A stretch of DNA of 62,167 nt, the filler included. It is 4 parts of 4 records of this genome, joined end to end, with 100 filler letters (N's around TTAATTAATTAA, not from the genome) between each part and the next. Parts side by side here need not be neighbours in the genome. Positions count along the whole stretch, not along the records: positions 1 to 29,545 come from DRR723986_7817; 3 more parts are not named here. The stretch is one strand, 5' to 3'. Numbering within the stretch: the first letter of the stretch is position 1; each line of letters starts with the position of its first letter. A program made the translations under genes and the position numbers. Positions 18,094 to 29,545 of the stretch are shown here, in pieces. The notes under the pieces were generated by a model, which searched no databases, was not told the origin of the DNA, and worked only from the letters and a program-made list of their open reading frames with translations.

Positions 18094-20865
18094 TCACGTT
18101 TTTGCGACATCCTCCAGCAACCCCACCTCCCTTGCTTTCGCCAGCGCCTCGGTGCGCCGGCTCACGCCGAGCTTGCCGTACAGGTTCCTGATGTGCGCTT
18201 TCACGGTAGCCGGGGCAACGGACATGCGCTCAGCAATTTCTTTGTTGGCAAGCCCCTGGTGGATCAGCACGAGAACTTCCTGCTCACGCTGGCTCAACGG
18301 TTCTGTCAGGGCATTTACATGCTCGCCCCCCGGGCGGGCAGTATCGATGGGGTGATTGGCTTCCTGGGAGCCATTAAAAGACGCCTCGCCAGGCTGTCCG
18401 GCGGCCAGATCCCTGAGCATCCCGAGCAGTTCCCGGTTCCACCGCCCCGGGGTTCGTAGTCTGGGAAAATCCAGTAGCATGTCCCGTAGTGCAGTGCTCT
18501 CTTCCGCAAACAGGCGCAGAAAGCCTGCGTTTTCGGCCCGGTCCAGTGCTTTCTCCAGCATGGCATCGGACTCGTCATTGCGGCCCTCGTGGGCCAGCGC
18601 CTCGGCGTACACCAGTAAAATCTCTACCAGGTGTCGATTGTGCGCGTTGCGTTCTGCGGCTGGTATCAGGGCGGACAGGGTGTCCTGAGCCTGCTGATAT
18701 TCGCCCAGTGCATTCTGTACCCGGGCCAGGGCAATCTGGTTCTGCTCCCGGTTTAGCGGGTTGGTGGCTGGTTGATCCAGGGTGGGCTGCAAACAGGCGC
18801 GAGCTTTTTCGGCATGGCCGGAACTCAGGTAGCACCTTGCCAGCAACGCGGAAGCGGCTGGGGGCTCGAATACAATGTGTTCCCTCCGGCGCCGGCCGGT
18901 TGTCACGGCATCTTCCAGTGCCTCAACCGCCGTTTCCAGGTCACCCCGGGTAAAGGCGAGGTGTCCCCGTACGTACTGGATCACCACATGCTGGCCCGGT
19001 TCGGTACCCTTTCGTACATGATCGAGCAGGGGGGCCAGGTATCCGTCGGCGGTGCTGATCTGGTTTCGCTCGCGATAGATTTCTGTCAATGCACTGTTTT
19101 GCCAGCAGGAGATCAGTCTCGGCTGGCTGGGGTCCGCATAGTGTTCGTCCACCCATTGTCGTACTCGCCCCGTCGTCTCAAGAGCAAGATCGGTATCGCC
19201 ACGGTGGTATTGAATCCAGGCGAGCAGGCCGCCGGATGACAGAACGGTACTGGCTTTGCGCTCTACCTGGCCATAATGAACGGCAGACTCCAGAGCCTCC
19301 TCGGCGTCATTCAGTTCGCCCTTCCCGAAATAATCCAGGCCCAGGCCGTAATAGGTGACTGACTTCAGGGGAATGCTGATCTGATCAATGTCCTTCAGCA
19401 CCTGGCGGGTAAGATCCGAGGCGTTTTTCTCATCGTTGCGGGTGCGGGCCAGGTAGGATCTCACCAGCGAAATCTCGCTGTGCAACGCCAGGGCGCCTTC
19501 CGCGTCAGGGTGTGAATCGGCAACACGGCGGTCCAGCAGGTCCTCAACTTCCAGCAGAAGCGGGTCCAGGCTTTCCACCCGGTTTGCGAAAAACAGGCCC
19601 CAGATTCTGAGCATCTGCAGTTGCGGGCTGTCCTGAATCTTGTGGGCAGGGATAGCATCCAGCCATTCAAGTACCGGAAGGTGATAGCCGCCATGAATCA
19701 GGTTGTTGCCGTGTTCCGCCAGAACCGCCGCCAGATGGTCTGTATCGTTGCGCCGGACAATCTGGATAATCCCTTCCTGGACATGGCCATGGCGTAGTAA
19801 CCAGTCAATGGCTCGGGATTGCAGTTCCGAGGCATGGGAGGGGGCGGCACTCTGGATTCGCTGTAACAGGGCTTCCCGAAACAGGTCGTGGTAACGAAAC
19901 CACTCATTGCTGTTGTCCAGCGGGATCAGAAAGAGATTCTGGGACAGAAGGCTGGACAGCTTTTCCTGACTGTCCTGGCGCTGCCTGACGGCATTGCACA
20001 AAGGGGCGCATAAGCGCGGACAACAAGCCGTTTCCAGCAGGAAGTCCTTCAGATCTTCGGGAAGCTGCTCAAGCACTTCTGTAAGGACATAATCGGAAAT
20101 CAGTCGGCTGTCCGGTGAGCCCAGGGCCTGACCGGGCAGGACGGCTTCTTTCTTGCCGGCCAATGCTGAAAGCTGCATGGCGGCGACCCAGCCTTCGGTT
20201 TTACGGCATATCGACCGAATGTCGTCCTCTGACAGCTCCATGGCCATCGTACTGCGGAAGAATTCCTGACATTCCTCTTCGGAAAACGCCAGCAGACCGG
20301 GGTGGATGTCCTGAACCTGGCGGCGGACGCGCCAGCGGGCCAGGGGCAGCGGTGGCTCAGTTCGTGACGCCAGGGTAACCAGAATTCCGGGTGGCAGATA
20401 GTCCAGAAACCAAGCGAGCTGGCGATGGAGGGTGTCGTTACTGATAACGTGGTAGTCATCCACCACCAGAGACCAGGCATTGCCATCGGCCGCGAGAACA
20501 TTCAAAAGGCCGGTAATGGCGGGTGTGAGTTCGTCGTCGTCCTGCCTGGCCAACAGTTTCTTGCAGTCCTCCAGTCCGATCAGGCCGGCATGCTCGAAGG
20601 CGCCAATTACGTACTGCCAGAACTGCCTTGGCTTGTCGTCCTGCTCGTCCAGTGAGAGCCAGGCGGTGGGCATGCTGTTGCCGGCGCACCACTGGCTGAC
20701 CAGTGTGGTCTTGCCATAACCCGCCGGAGCAATAACCAGATTCAGTCGTTTGCCGGATTCCGGTTGCAGCAGGGTGTCCAGCCGTTGACGTTGAACGGCT
20801 CTGGAATCGGGTGTTGGCCGGAGGAATTTGGTTGTCAGCAGCATGGCTTCCCGGGATCTGGGCAC
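18094..20865 (-). CDS. MalT-like LuxR-family ATP-dependent transcriptional regulator
   Basis: LLTTKF, APAGYGKTT, VVDDYH, WFRYHDLF, TPR-like middle, C-terminal LSQREQEVL..GLANKEIA..TVKAHIRNLYGKLGV HTH. Confidence 0.92.
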   Translation of the reverse strand: MPRSREAMLLTTKFLRPTPDSRAVQRQRLDTLLQPESGKRLNLVIAPAGYGKTTLVSQWCAGNSMPTAWLSLDEQDDKPRQFWQYVIGAFEHAGLIGLEDCKKLLARQDDDELTPAITGLLNVLAADGNAWSLVVDDYHVISNDTLHRQLAWFLDYLPPGILVTLASRTEPPLPLARWRVRRQVQDIHPGLLAFSEEECQEFFRSTMAMELSEDDIRSICRKTEGWVAAMQLSALAGKKEAVLPGQALGSPDSRLISDYVLTEVLEQLPEDLKDFLLETACCPRLCAPLCNAVRQRQDSQEKLSSLLSQNLFLIPLDNSNEWFRYHDLFREALLQRIQSAAPSHASELQSRAIDWLLRHGHVQEGIIQIVRRNDTDHLAAVLAEHGNNLIHGGYHLPVLEWLDAIPAHKIQDSPQLQMLRIWGLFFANRVESLDPLLLEVEDLLDRRVADSHPDAEGALALHSEISLVRSYLARTRNDEKNASDLTRQVLKDIDQISIPLKSVTYYGLGLDYFGKGELNDAEEALESAVHYGQVERKASTVLSSGGLLAWIQYHRGDTDLALETTGRVRQWVDEHYADPSQPRLISCWQNSALTEIYRERNQISTADGYLAPLLDHVRKGTEPGQHVVIQYVRGHLAFTRGDLETAVEALEDAVTTGRRRREHIVFEPPAASALLARCYLSSGHAEKARACLQPTLDQPATNPLNREQNQIALARVQNALGEYQQAQDTLSALIPAAERNAHNRHLVEILLVYAEALAHEGRNDESDAMLEKALDRAENAGFLRLFAEESTALRDMLLDFPRLRTPGRWNRELLGMLRDLAAGQPGEASFNGSQEANHPIDTARPGGEHVNALTEPLSQREQEVLVLIHQGLANKEIAERMSVAPATVKAHIRNLYGKLGVSRRTEALAKAREVGLLEDVAKT

Positions 20866-21062
20866 GTTTGATTAGCGATTGTGTGCTTTGTCACACACAA
20901 GTCAAGGGCTGTGTTGACGCAAGGTGTTGTCGGGCCAGCGAAACCAGGGATTTGGTCTACACTGAATACAGATTGCCTTGTATACCAAAAAAGAATGAAA
21001 AATTGATCCTTTATGCGTATTATCCGGTTATGAATCCACCAGCGTTCACGAGTTGAGCCTGA

Positions 21063-22082
<1,020 letters not shown>

Positions 22083-22096
22083 GGTTGGGGCCAATG

Positions 22097-22134
22097 AAAA
22101 GCCCGCGGGCCGTTAAGGCGACGCGGGCTTTTTT
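22097..22134. terminator. bidirectional terminator between convergent cysB and cysH
   Basis: AAAAGCCCGCG...CGCGGGCTTTTTT. Confidence 0.8.
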
Positions 22135-22155
22135 GTGGGCACAGCTTCGGGCTGT

Positions 22156-22887
22156 TCAGCCAGACTTGCCGATCAGGTTGCCGGCATGCAGACCACATTC
22201 CTTGTGTGTGGCTTCTTCCCACCACCAGCGTCCTTCGCGCTCGTGCTGTCCAGGGAGTACCGGGCGGGTGCAAGGCTGGCAACCAATACTGACGAAGCCC
22301 TGCTCGTGTAGACGGTTATAGGGCGCCTCAGACATGCGGATGTAATCCCAGACTTCTTTGGAACTCCAGTTTGCCAGCGGGTTAAATTTTATCAGTGGCT
22401 TTGCATCAGTTGAGAAGGCGGTGTCCAGCTGGACCACCGGCACCTCATTCCGGGTACCGGGGCTCTGGTCCCGACGCTGGCCTGTGATCCAGGCATCCAG
22501 CGTGGCAAGCTTACGGCGCAGCAGGTTAACCTTGCGGATACCACAGCATTCCGAATGACCCTCTTCGTAAAAACTGAACAGGCCTTTGCGGTTGACCATG
22601 TCCTGAACTTCTTCGGCATCCGGGAACAAGACTTCAATATTGATGCCGTAGTGTTTGCGCACCCGATCGACAAACTCGTAGGTTTCCGGGTGCAGTCGGC
22701 CGGTATCCAGGGTAAACACCCTGAGATTGTCGGTCAGTTTGTGAGCCATTTCGATCAGCACGACGTCCTCGGCGCCACTGAACGAAATGGCAATGTTGCC
22801 ATAGTGGGCGAGGGCGGCTTTCAGGATCGCCCTGGGGCTTTGACCATCCAGTTCGGCCCGGAGAGAGTCGATATCAGTCATAATCAT
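22156..22887 (-). CDS. cysH: adenosine phosphosulfate (APS/PAPS) reductase
   Basis: SFSGAED, LDTGRLH, CC..CQPC Fe-S motif (APS reductase type), ECGLH C-terminus. Confidence 0.92.
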   Translation of the reverse strand: MIMTDIDSLRAELDGQSPRAILKAALAHYGNIAISFSGAEDVVLIEMAHKLTDNLRVFTLDTGRLHPETYEFVDRVRKHYGINIEVLFPDAEEVQDMVNRKGLFSFYEEGHSECCGIRKVNLLRRKLATLDAWITGQRRDQSPGTRNEVPVVQLDTAFSTDAKPLIKFNPLANWSSKEVWDYIRMSEAPYNRLHEQGFVSIGCQPCTRPVLPGQHEREGRWWWEEATHKECGLHAGNLIGKSG

Positions 22888-23087
22888 CCAGTCTGTACCA
22901 ATAACTTGTGTGGCTAGCTTAGCAGTAAACCTTTAATGCCCTGAAGGAATGAGGATCTATATATTTATGCCATCAAAGATGGGCAACACCGGATACACGA
23001 TGCATTTGGCCGCGCTTTTTCATATCATACGCCCATCAACCGGGGCGCAGGTGCCTCATCTTTTTATTTATCGTTCAGGAGACCGTT

Positions 23088-23702
23088 GTGGAACTCGCAT
23101 GTCTTGACCTTGAGGGCGTACTCATCCCGGAAATCTGGATCGCCTTTGCAGAAAAAACCGGCATTGAAGAACTCAAGGCAACCACCCGGGATATCCCTGA
23201 TTACGATGTCTTGATGAAGCAGCGCCTGCGTATTCTGGACCAGCACGGCTATGGGCTGCCGGAAATCCAGGAAGTCATCGGTACTCTGGACCCGCTGCCG
23301 GGCGCCCGGGAATTCCTCGACTGGCTGCGTGAGCGTTTCCAGGTGGTGATTCTGTCGGATACCTTTTACGAGTTCGCCATGCCGCTGATGAAGAAGCTCG
23401 GTTATCCGGCGTTGTTGTGCCACAAACTGGAAGTGGCGGAGAGTGGTCAGATCACCAATTACCTGCTGCGTCAGCGGGATCCGAAACGCCAGTCTGTGCG
23501 TGCATTCCAGTTGTTGAACTACCGGGTGATTGCCGCTGGTGACTCGTACAACGATACCACCATGCTCGGCCAGGCAGAGGCGGGCATTCTGTTCCACGCG
23601 CCTCAGAACGTTATTGATGAGTTCCCGCAGTTCCCGGCGGTGCACAATTTTGACGATCTGAAACAGGAATTTTTGAAGGCGAGCGCGATTCACAGCGCCT
23701 GA
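23088..23702 (+). CDS. thrH: phosphoserine phosphatase/homoserine phosphotransferase ThrH
   Basis: ACLDLEGVLIPEIW, ILSDTFYEF, AAGDSYNDT HAD motifs. Confidence 0.93.
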   Translation: MELACLDLEGVLIPEIWIAFAEKTGIEELKATTRDIPDYDVLMKQRLRILDQHGYGLPEIQEVIGTLDPLPGAREFLDWLRERFQVVILSDTFYEFAMPLMKKLGYPALLCHKLEVAESGQITNYLLRQRDPKRQSVRAFQLLNYRVIAAGDSYNDTTMLGQAEAGILFHAPQNVIDEFPQFPAVHNFDDLKQEFLKASAIHSA

Positions 23703-23750
23703 TCTTTCGAATCGCTGATCTGTGCCGCGGCTGTGCGGCTGTGGTGCAGA

Positions 23751-25100
23751 TCAGAGCTTCAGCTTTTCCAGAAAGTCCATCAGTGGTTTGACCTTGGTGA
23801 GTGTCTCCTGATACTCGGCCTCCGGGTCAGAATCCGCCACAATGCCTCCGCCCCCCCAACAACGAATCGTACCGTTGGACTCGCACAGCAGGGTTCGTAT
23901 TGCGATGTTGCTGTCCAGCCGGCCATCAAGTCCGTAATAGAAGACAGAACCACAATAGGGCCCTCGCCAGTGAGGTTCCAGTTCGCGAATAATTTCCATC
24001 GCCCGGATTTTCGGAGCGCCGGTGATGGAGCCGCCAGGAAAGGCATCAAACAACGCCTGAAGCGGGCTGATTCCCGGTTTTAAACTGGCCTTGATATGGC
24101 TGACCAGGTGGTGGACATTGGCGTAGGATTCAAGGGCAAACAGCTGCTCAACCTGCACGCTTCCGGCCTCAGCGTGGAGGCTGAGATCATTCCGCAACAG
24201 GTCCACAATCATCAGGTTCTCGGCCCGATCTTTCTCGGATGCCTGAAGTTCATTTGCCAATTTGATATCGGATTCCGGCGAAGAGCCCCGGGGGCGTGTA
24301 CCTTTGATGGGGCTGGTCTCGACTACGCCCTGGTCTATTTTCAGAAACCGCTCTGGCGATATGGAAAGAATCGAGTCGTCTCCGGCTCTCAGGAAGGCGC
24401 TGTAGGGCGTCGGGTTGGCTTCCGTGAGCTTTTCGAAGGCGAGCCATGGATGGCCGCAGAATTTGCCAGAGAATGCCTGGGACAGGTTGGCCTGATAACA
24501 ATCGCCAGCTTCTATGTAGCGCTTGATGGCTTCGACGCCCGATTTGAATTCTTCTCGCGTTTGCGCCGGAGCGAACGGGGCTTCCATGTGCCAGTACATC
24601 TGGTGGTTTGCCGGAGCCGCCAGCCATTGTTCAATCTGATCCTGAATCGAAGCAGGGCATGCGGGGTGAATCCAGAGCCAGTAGCGACCGCTATTTCGGT
24701 TAAAACTTGCGGTCCAGAGATAGAGACCGGCTTGCATTAACGGAACGGTGGAGGTGTCGTGCAGTTGAGCCAGCCGCCGTTCGCGGGCGTAGCCCAGCTC
24801 GTACCCCAGATAGCCGATCCAGCCGCCAGAGAGATGACTCAGGCTGGTATCAAACTCTACCTGAAATGGTGCGGCAAGCTCTTCCATTTCCCGAGCGAGA
24901 CTGGCGGTATCAATGGGGGGCGAACTGGCACCCGTCAGTTCCTGCGAGCACACGGCCATGGCCGAGAAGCCACATAAGGTGCCGCGACGGGGGCTATCGC
25001 CTGTGCTACCAAGAAAAACGAAATCGGATGCCCGGCAGGCACGCATCATAAGCTGGTGGTAGGTCGCCCGGGTAAGTTCCCGCGTTGTTGCCCGGCCCAA
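23751..25100 (-). CDS. pabB: aminodeoxychorismate synthase component I
   Basis: GDCYQANL, SPIKGTRPR, KDRAENLMIVDLLRND, FPGGSITGAPK; TTG start at 25100 with GGAGG RBS preferred over 25262. Confidence 0.88.
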   Translation of the reverse strand: MGRATTRELTRATYHQLMMRACRASDFVFLGSTGDSPRRGTLCGFSAMAVCSQELTGASSPPIDTASLAREMEELAAPFQVEFDTSLSHLSGGWIGYLGYELGYARERRLAQLHDTSTVPLMQAGLYLWTASFNRNSGRYWLWIHPACPASIQDQIEQWLAAPANHQMYWHMEAPFAPAQTREEFKSGVEAIKRYIEAGDCYQANLSQAFSGKFCGHPWLAFEKLTEANPTPYSAFLRAGDDSILSISPERFLKIDQGVVETSPIKGTRPRGSSPESDIKLANELQASEKDRAENLMIVDLLRNDLSLHAEAGSVQVEQLFALESYANVHHLVSHIKASLKPGISPLQALFDAFPGGSITGAPKIRAMEIIRELEPHWRGPYCGSVFYYGLDGRLDSNIAIRTLLCESNGTIRCWGGGGIVADSDPEAEYQETLTKVKPLMDFLEKLKL

Positions 25101-25316
25101 GGGTCCTCCGGAATCTTGCTGAAATGATAAACAGGCCACAAAAACAGCGTTGTAGCATTTGCGGCGGCACTGATCTAATGAAATAGCGTCCTGTTCGGAC
25201 AGGGAGAAAAAGCCGGTGGCTATTCTAACCGAGATAGCAGGGCACCCCCAGCATAAAAACAATGTGAAAGCCGTGCGCTCCTGTTGTGCGAGCTTTTTGA
25301 GGAAAGTGGAGTAGGT

Positions 25317-25865
25317 ATGACACAGCTAAAATCCCGTTTGATAGCCTTTCTGATGTTGCTGGTTCCATTGCTGATGGCACCCGGATACGCGGCTGCCCAA
25401 CAGCCTTCTGAAGTCGAGATCAAGAAGATGATCCAGGCACAGTTTGAGCGGATGTACCAGAAGGGGGTCGATGACCTTGAAAGCCGGATCGTGGTGACGG
25501 GTGGGGTAAAGCCGTTCGCCGTGGTAACCGACACGGGAGACAAGACCAAAACCATTCGGATCAAGCAGATTGAGGAAATGCCGGCGGATGTTGCCCTTGA
25601 GGTACTCCGGCGTTCGCTCGTTGCACTGGTAAAGAAAGGCAAGATCGGCGCGACGGCAGTGTTCTACACAACCGCCAATCCCAATAAAGAGTCGGAGGCG
25701 GACCGGGTACTGGTGGTCGAGATGGAGCATATCTTCGGACCAACGCTGGCCCAACTGGTGCCTTTCACCATTGATGAAGGTAAAGCGTTTTTTGGCGAGC
25801 AGGTCGTTGTGGAGATGGAAAACAAGATCTTCAATATCAATGTGGATGAGAAGCCGGCTGAATAG
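25317..25865 (+). CDS. hypothetical exported protein
   Basis: signal-peptide-like N-terminus (..APGYAAA-QQ), GGAG RBS, coding-like codon usage. Confidence 0.7.
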   Translation: MTQLKSRLIAFLMLLVPLLMAPGYAAAQQPSEVEIKKMIQAQFERMYQKGVDDLESRIVVTGGVKPFAVVTDTGDKTKTIRIKQIEEMPADVALEVLRRSLVALVKKGKIGATAVFYTTANPNKESEADRVLVVEMEHIFGPTLAQLVPFTIDEGKAFFGEQVVVEMENKIFNINVDEKPAE

Positions 25866-26023
25866 TGTCTTGTGTCCGACAATCCAAGTATCGATTACGT
25901 GAAGGTGGTCACGGAACATTCAGTTACCTCTGCAGTACTCTGTATCCGTGCAGATACAAAAGTACACCAAACAGTCTGCATGACATGGAAATAACAACAA
26001 ACTGTTCCAATTAGGAGAACGTT

Positions 26024-26842
26024 ATGAAAGGCCTGAAAAAAATTGCACTGGCAACAGCCGTTGCTGCAGCTCCTTTTGCCGCTCAAGCCGACCTGAAGGC
26101 GCTTGACGACACCACTATGGGCAACGTTACCGGTCAGGCTGGTGTGACCATCGAGTTGGAAACCGAAGTTTCCATCGGTGAGTTCCGCTACACTGACGAA
26201 GGTTACCTGGCAGTTAACGACATCTCCATCGGTGGCGGTTCCGTTGAGCGTGATGCCAACGGCGCTGTGACTGGCGTATCCGGCATGCTGGATGACCTGG
26301 TTATCGACATCGACGTAGAAGCCGACGGTGACGCGTTCATCGACGTTCACAGCATCTCTGGCGCTCCGATTGACTTCGCCATGGCCGTTGGCTCTGCCTC
26401 TCTGAACGCCACTGACGGCAGCGGCGACTCTACTCTGCTGGCCAGCAACATCGGTATCGAGGGTAACCTCGGCCTGCTGAACATCCGTGTGGATACCGCC
26501 ACTGACAACCTGATCATGAACGTTGGCTTCAACGTGACTGATATGGATATGGACGTGGACTTCCTGGGTGTCAACGTACGTGACCTGACCGTTTACGGTG
26601 CTACTTACTTCGAGAACGGCGGACCAGTTGATGCAGCAAGCATGTTCGCCCAGGCGCAGATCACTGTTGGCAAGGGCACCTCTGCCGCCACCGGTGGCGA
26701 CGCTCTGGAGATCACCATTCCTCAGTTCGTAGCTGACATCGGTGTTGGCGCGGTTGAGATCGGCGGTGAGTCTATCGGTTCTTTCCGTGTAGACAACCTG
26801 GCTGTGACCAACACCACTATGAAGGTTTATGGTCACCAGTAA
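26024..26842 (+). CDS. DUF6160 family (FilA-like) secreted protein
   Basis: signal peptide then ADLKALDDTTMGNVTGQAG family motif; ends GH-x; highly-expressed-type codon bias; AGGAG RBS. Confidence 0.8.
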   Translation: MKGLKKIALATAVAAAPFAAQADLKALDDTTMGNVTGQAGVTIELETEVSIGEFRYTDEGYLAVNDISIGGGSVERDANGAVTGVSGMLDDLVIDIDVEADGDAFIDVHSISGAPIDFAMAVGSASLNATDGSGDSTLLASNIGIEGNLGLLNIRVDTATDNLIMNVGFNVTDMDMDVDFLGVNVRDLTVYGATYFENGGPVDAASMFAQAQITVGKGTSAATGGDALEITIPQFVADIGVGAVEIGGESIGSFRVDNLAVTNTTMKVYGHQ

Positions 26843-26870
26843 GTTGACCTGACACCTTAAAGTGGTGATA

Positions 26871-26897
26871 GCGCCCCGCACTGCGGGGCGTTTTTTT
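26871..26897 (+). terminator. Rho-independent terminator after the DUF6160 gene
   Basis: GCGCCCCGCA-C-TGCGGGGCG-TTTTTTT. Confidence 0.85.
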
Positions 26898-26917
26898 GTC
26901 TGACCGAATCAGCAGAC

Positions 26918-26951
26918 AAAAAAAGCGGCGACCGTTCTGGTCGTCGCTTTT
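26918..26951 (-). terminator. Rho-independent terminator for the convergent gene
   Basis: AAAAAAAGCGGCGACC-GTTCT-GGTCGTCGCTTTT. Confidence 0.8.
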
Positions 26952-26970
26952 CGTTTCAGGGGTGGGGCAA

Positions 26971-27645
26971 TTACTGATCGGGCACCTGAATGGAAAGATC
27001 AAACCCGCCGCCTGGTCGCGGCGTCAGCGTAACAGGGCCTTCGTTTATCGCTTCCGGGATCTGGATTTGATCAATGCCCGGCGGATTGCCGATACTGAAA
27101 TTCAGATTCTGGCCATCGAAGCCAATGCCCAACTGATCATTCAGGAAAGTCTGGGTGAAGGGGTCATCCGGAATTTCCGGTTGCTGACCAAAGATAATGG
27201 GCAGTGTTCTCGGGGTGAAGTCCGCAGGTGGCTGCGCTCTGGCCAGTTCGTCGACCGGAAGCAGCAGGGCTCTGCGCAGAAACTCCTCCTCGGCATCGGA
27301 CAGCGCATCTTTCTTGCCCTCATCAAGATAGCGCTGAAGGGCTTCCCGATACGCTTCCTCTTCCGCTTCGCTCAGAACGGGCTCGCCCGGCGAGATGGTG
27401 AGGGCGCGGATGATCTTTTCCCGATCCGCCTCTGACTTCTGTTGTTGGCGCGGGACAACAATAACGGCGGAATCCTCCACGTAGGTTTCTACCATCTCGT
27501 CTGAGGTCATGGTTTGTACGCCGGCCCAGGCCGGTGTGAGAGTGGCGGCCGTGATTGCGGCTGCAAGCAGTTTGCGACGCATTTGGGATTGCCTCATGCT
27601 GAATCGGTTCAAAAGAGGCGCTGCTGAGTGTACTGCTTCAGTCAA
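26971..27645 (-). CDS. hypothetical exported protein (start more likely 27582 or 27597)
   Basis: MRRKLLAAAITAATLTPAWA signal peptide followed by GVQTMTSDEMVETYV; has its own terminator. Confidence 0.7.
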   Translation of the reverse strand: MTEAVHSAAPLLNRFSMRQSQMRRKLLAAAITAATLTPAWAGVQTMTSDEMVETYVEDSAVIVVPRQQQKSEADREKIIRALTISPGEPVLSEAEEEAYREALQRYLDEGKKDALSDAEEEFLRRALLLPVDELARAQPPADFTPRTLPIIFGQQPEIPDDPFTQTFLNDQLGIGFDGQNLNFSIGNPPGIDQIQIPEAINEGPVTLTPRPGGGFDLSIQVPDQ

Positions 27646-27836
27646 TACGCTTCATACTATTACTTTTGAGTATTCGGTTTGTCCGACAGTTTTTCAACCG
27701 TAAAGTGCCTGGTGTGTGATCAGAATCCGGTGCCCAGGGGTAAATATTTAAGGAACCATGACTTTTATGGTTTTATGTCAGAGTTACTTGAAGCCACATT
27801 CCGTGAACTTACAGGCCTGAATCCAGTCGCAGGAGC

Positions 27837-28859
27837 ATGATGCGAAACTCTTTAAACACCCGTTGGCGACGATGGATCAATCGTCGCATTCCGAGAGCCG
27901 ACAGCCAGATTCTCAGCCAGAAGAACATTTTTATTCTGCCCACGGGGGCTGGTGTGGTGTATGGCTTCTTGCTGTTGATCATGCTGATTACCGGGATCAA
28001 CTACCAGAACAGTCTTATCTATCTGCTCACGTTTCTTCTCGGCGCCCTGTTTGTGGGGGCCATGCACCAGACCCACAGAAATCTTTCCGGTCTTGCCGTT
28101 GCGCTGGTCCGGCCCGGTGAGGGCCGGGCGGGCGACGAAGTTCCGTTTTTACTGCGAGTCACCGCAGGTAAGGATGCCGGCCTCGGTCTTGTCCTGTCGG
28201 TCGAGGATTCATCGGTTGAGGGCGTGCACGTTTCCCCCGGTGAATCCCGGGATGTGGTACTGCCGGTGCCGTCAGCTTATCGCGGCTATCTTCGCCCGGA
28301 CCGGATCCGTGTCGAAACCCGTTTTCCGTTCGGGCTGTTAAAGGCCTGGTCCTGGTTGCGTCCGGCGTCTTCCGGAGTAGCGTTTCCCAGGCCCTTACCC
28401 GCACCGGATACCGCCGGAACTGTTCACGAGGGTAGCGAAGCCGCTTCGTCTGCACCCCTGTCCGGCCAGGACAATGCCGATCTTCGTCCCTGGCGTGAAG
28501 GCGATATGAGCCAGCGGGTGATGTGGAAACGCTTTGCACGCACGGGCCAGATGATTGTGGCCGACTGGCAGGGTGAGCAGGGCAGTCCGCACTGGCTGGA
28601 TTTTCATGCGTTTCCGGGTGTTGATACCGAGTTGCGGCTGAGTTATCTGGCCTGGATGGTGGCAGACCGGGTTCAGAAAAACGCAAGGTTTGGTCTCAGT
28701 TTGCCCGGCGATACCATTGAGCCGGACAGTGGTTCACTGCATGGAGAACGCTGTCTGCGCGCGCTTGCGGTGTGGGGCGAGCAACCGCCGAGGGATCCTG
28801 ACGGTCAGCCTTTTGGTACCCGTCAGGCCGAGAATGGGAAAGCGGGAGTGTCTGCATGA
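27837..28859 (+). CDS. DUF58 domain-containing protein
   Basis: IFILPTGAG, GINYQNSLIY, TRFPFGLLKAWS, LRPWREGD..RVMWKRFAR. Confidence 0.88.
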   Translation: MMRNSLNTRWRRWINRRIPRADSQILSQKNIFILPTGAGVVYGFLLLIMLITGINYQNSLIYLLTFLLGALFVGAMHQTHRNLSGLAVALVRPGEGRAGDEVPFLLRVTAGKDAGLGLVLSVEDSSVEGVHVSPGESRDVVLPVPSAYRGYLRPDRIRVETRFPFGLLKAWSWLRPASSGVAFPRPLPAPDTAGTVHEGSEAASSAPLSGQDNADLRPWREGDMSQRVMWKRFARTGQMIVADWQGEQGSPHWLDFHAFPGVDTELRLSYLAWMVADRVQKNARFGLSLPGDTIEPDSGSLHGERCLRALAVWGEQPPRDPDGQPFGTRQAENGKAGVSA

Positions 28860-29545
28860 GAGCGATCATGGCCAGAGTTTTCGCCGCAAAACCGACAGAT
28901 CTGACACCAATTGAAGCCATTCCTACCAATGCACTCTTGTGGTTGATTGCCAGTTTTGTGCTGCTTCTGGTTCCACAGTGGGACCGGCTACCCTGGTGGC
29001 TGATCGCAGCTTGTGTCGTGTTCGCTGGCTGGCGTTGGTTTTCGCAAAAGGGGCGGTTAAAGATGCCGGGACGTATGCTTCGTGCCGGGGTTATGACTGC
29101 TTTGATCGGGCTATACCTGGCAACGGTTCAGGGACGGTTCACAGTTGATACCGCAGCTTCGTTCTTCGTGTTAGCCGTTGGGCTGAAGTGGCTGGAAACC
29201 CGATCCGCCCGGGATTTTTATGTACTCTTTTTTATTCAGGTTTATCTGGCGGCCGTGAACTTTCTGTTCAAACAGGATATTGCCTGGGCATTGCTAACCT
29301 TTGCCGCCATTGGCTGTCTGATGGTGGGTCTGCAGATTCTCAATGCGCCGGATCTACCCGGTGGTCTGAGGGCTGGCTGGAAACGCCTGGGTTTACTGCT
29401 ATTGAAAACCCTGCCGGTGGTTGTCCTGCTGTTTGTGTTTTTTCCACGCATGGCGCCGCTCTGGAGTGTTCCTTTAGTGTCGGGTCAGGCTCGCAGCGGC
29501 ATTTCCGATACCATGCGCCCGGGCGATATTTCCAATCTGGCTCAA
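28856..29545 (+). CDS. tgpA: transglutaminase TgpA family protein (DUF3488 N-terminus), truncated by contig end
   Basis: multi-TM, LKWLETRSARD, LFVFFPR.APLWSVP, SGISDTMRPGDISNL; ATGA-coupled to DUF58. Confidence 0.82.

Noticed and set aside
25895-26881. 328-aa antisense ORF over the DUF6160 gene
   Set aside because: Mirror frame of a strongly biased gene; RBS, signal peptide and terminator support the plus strand
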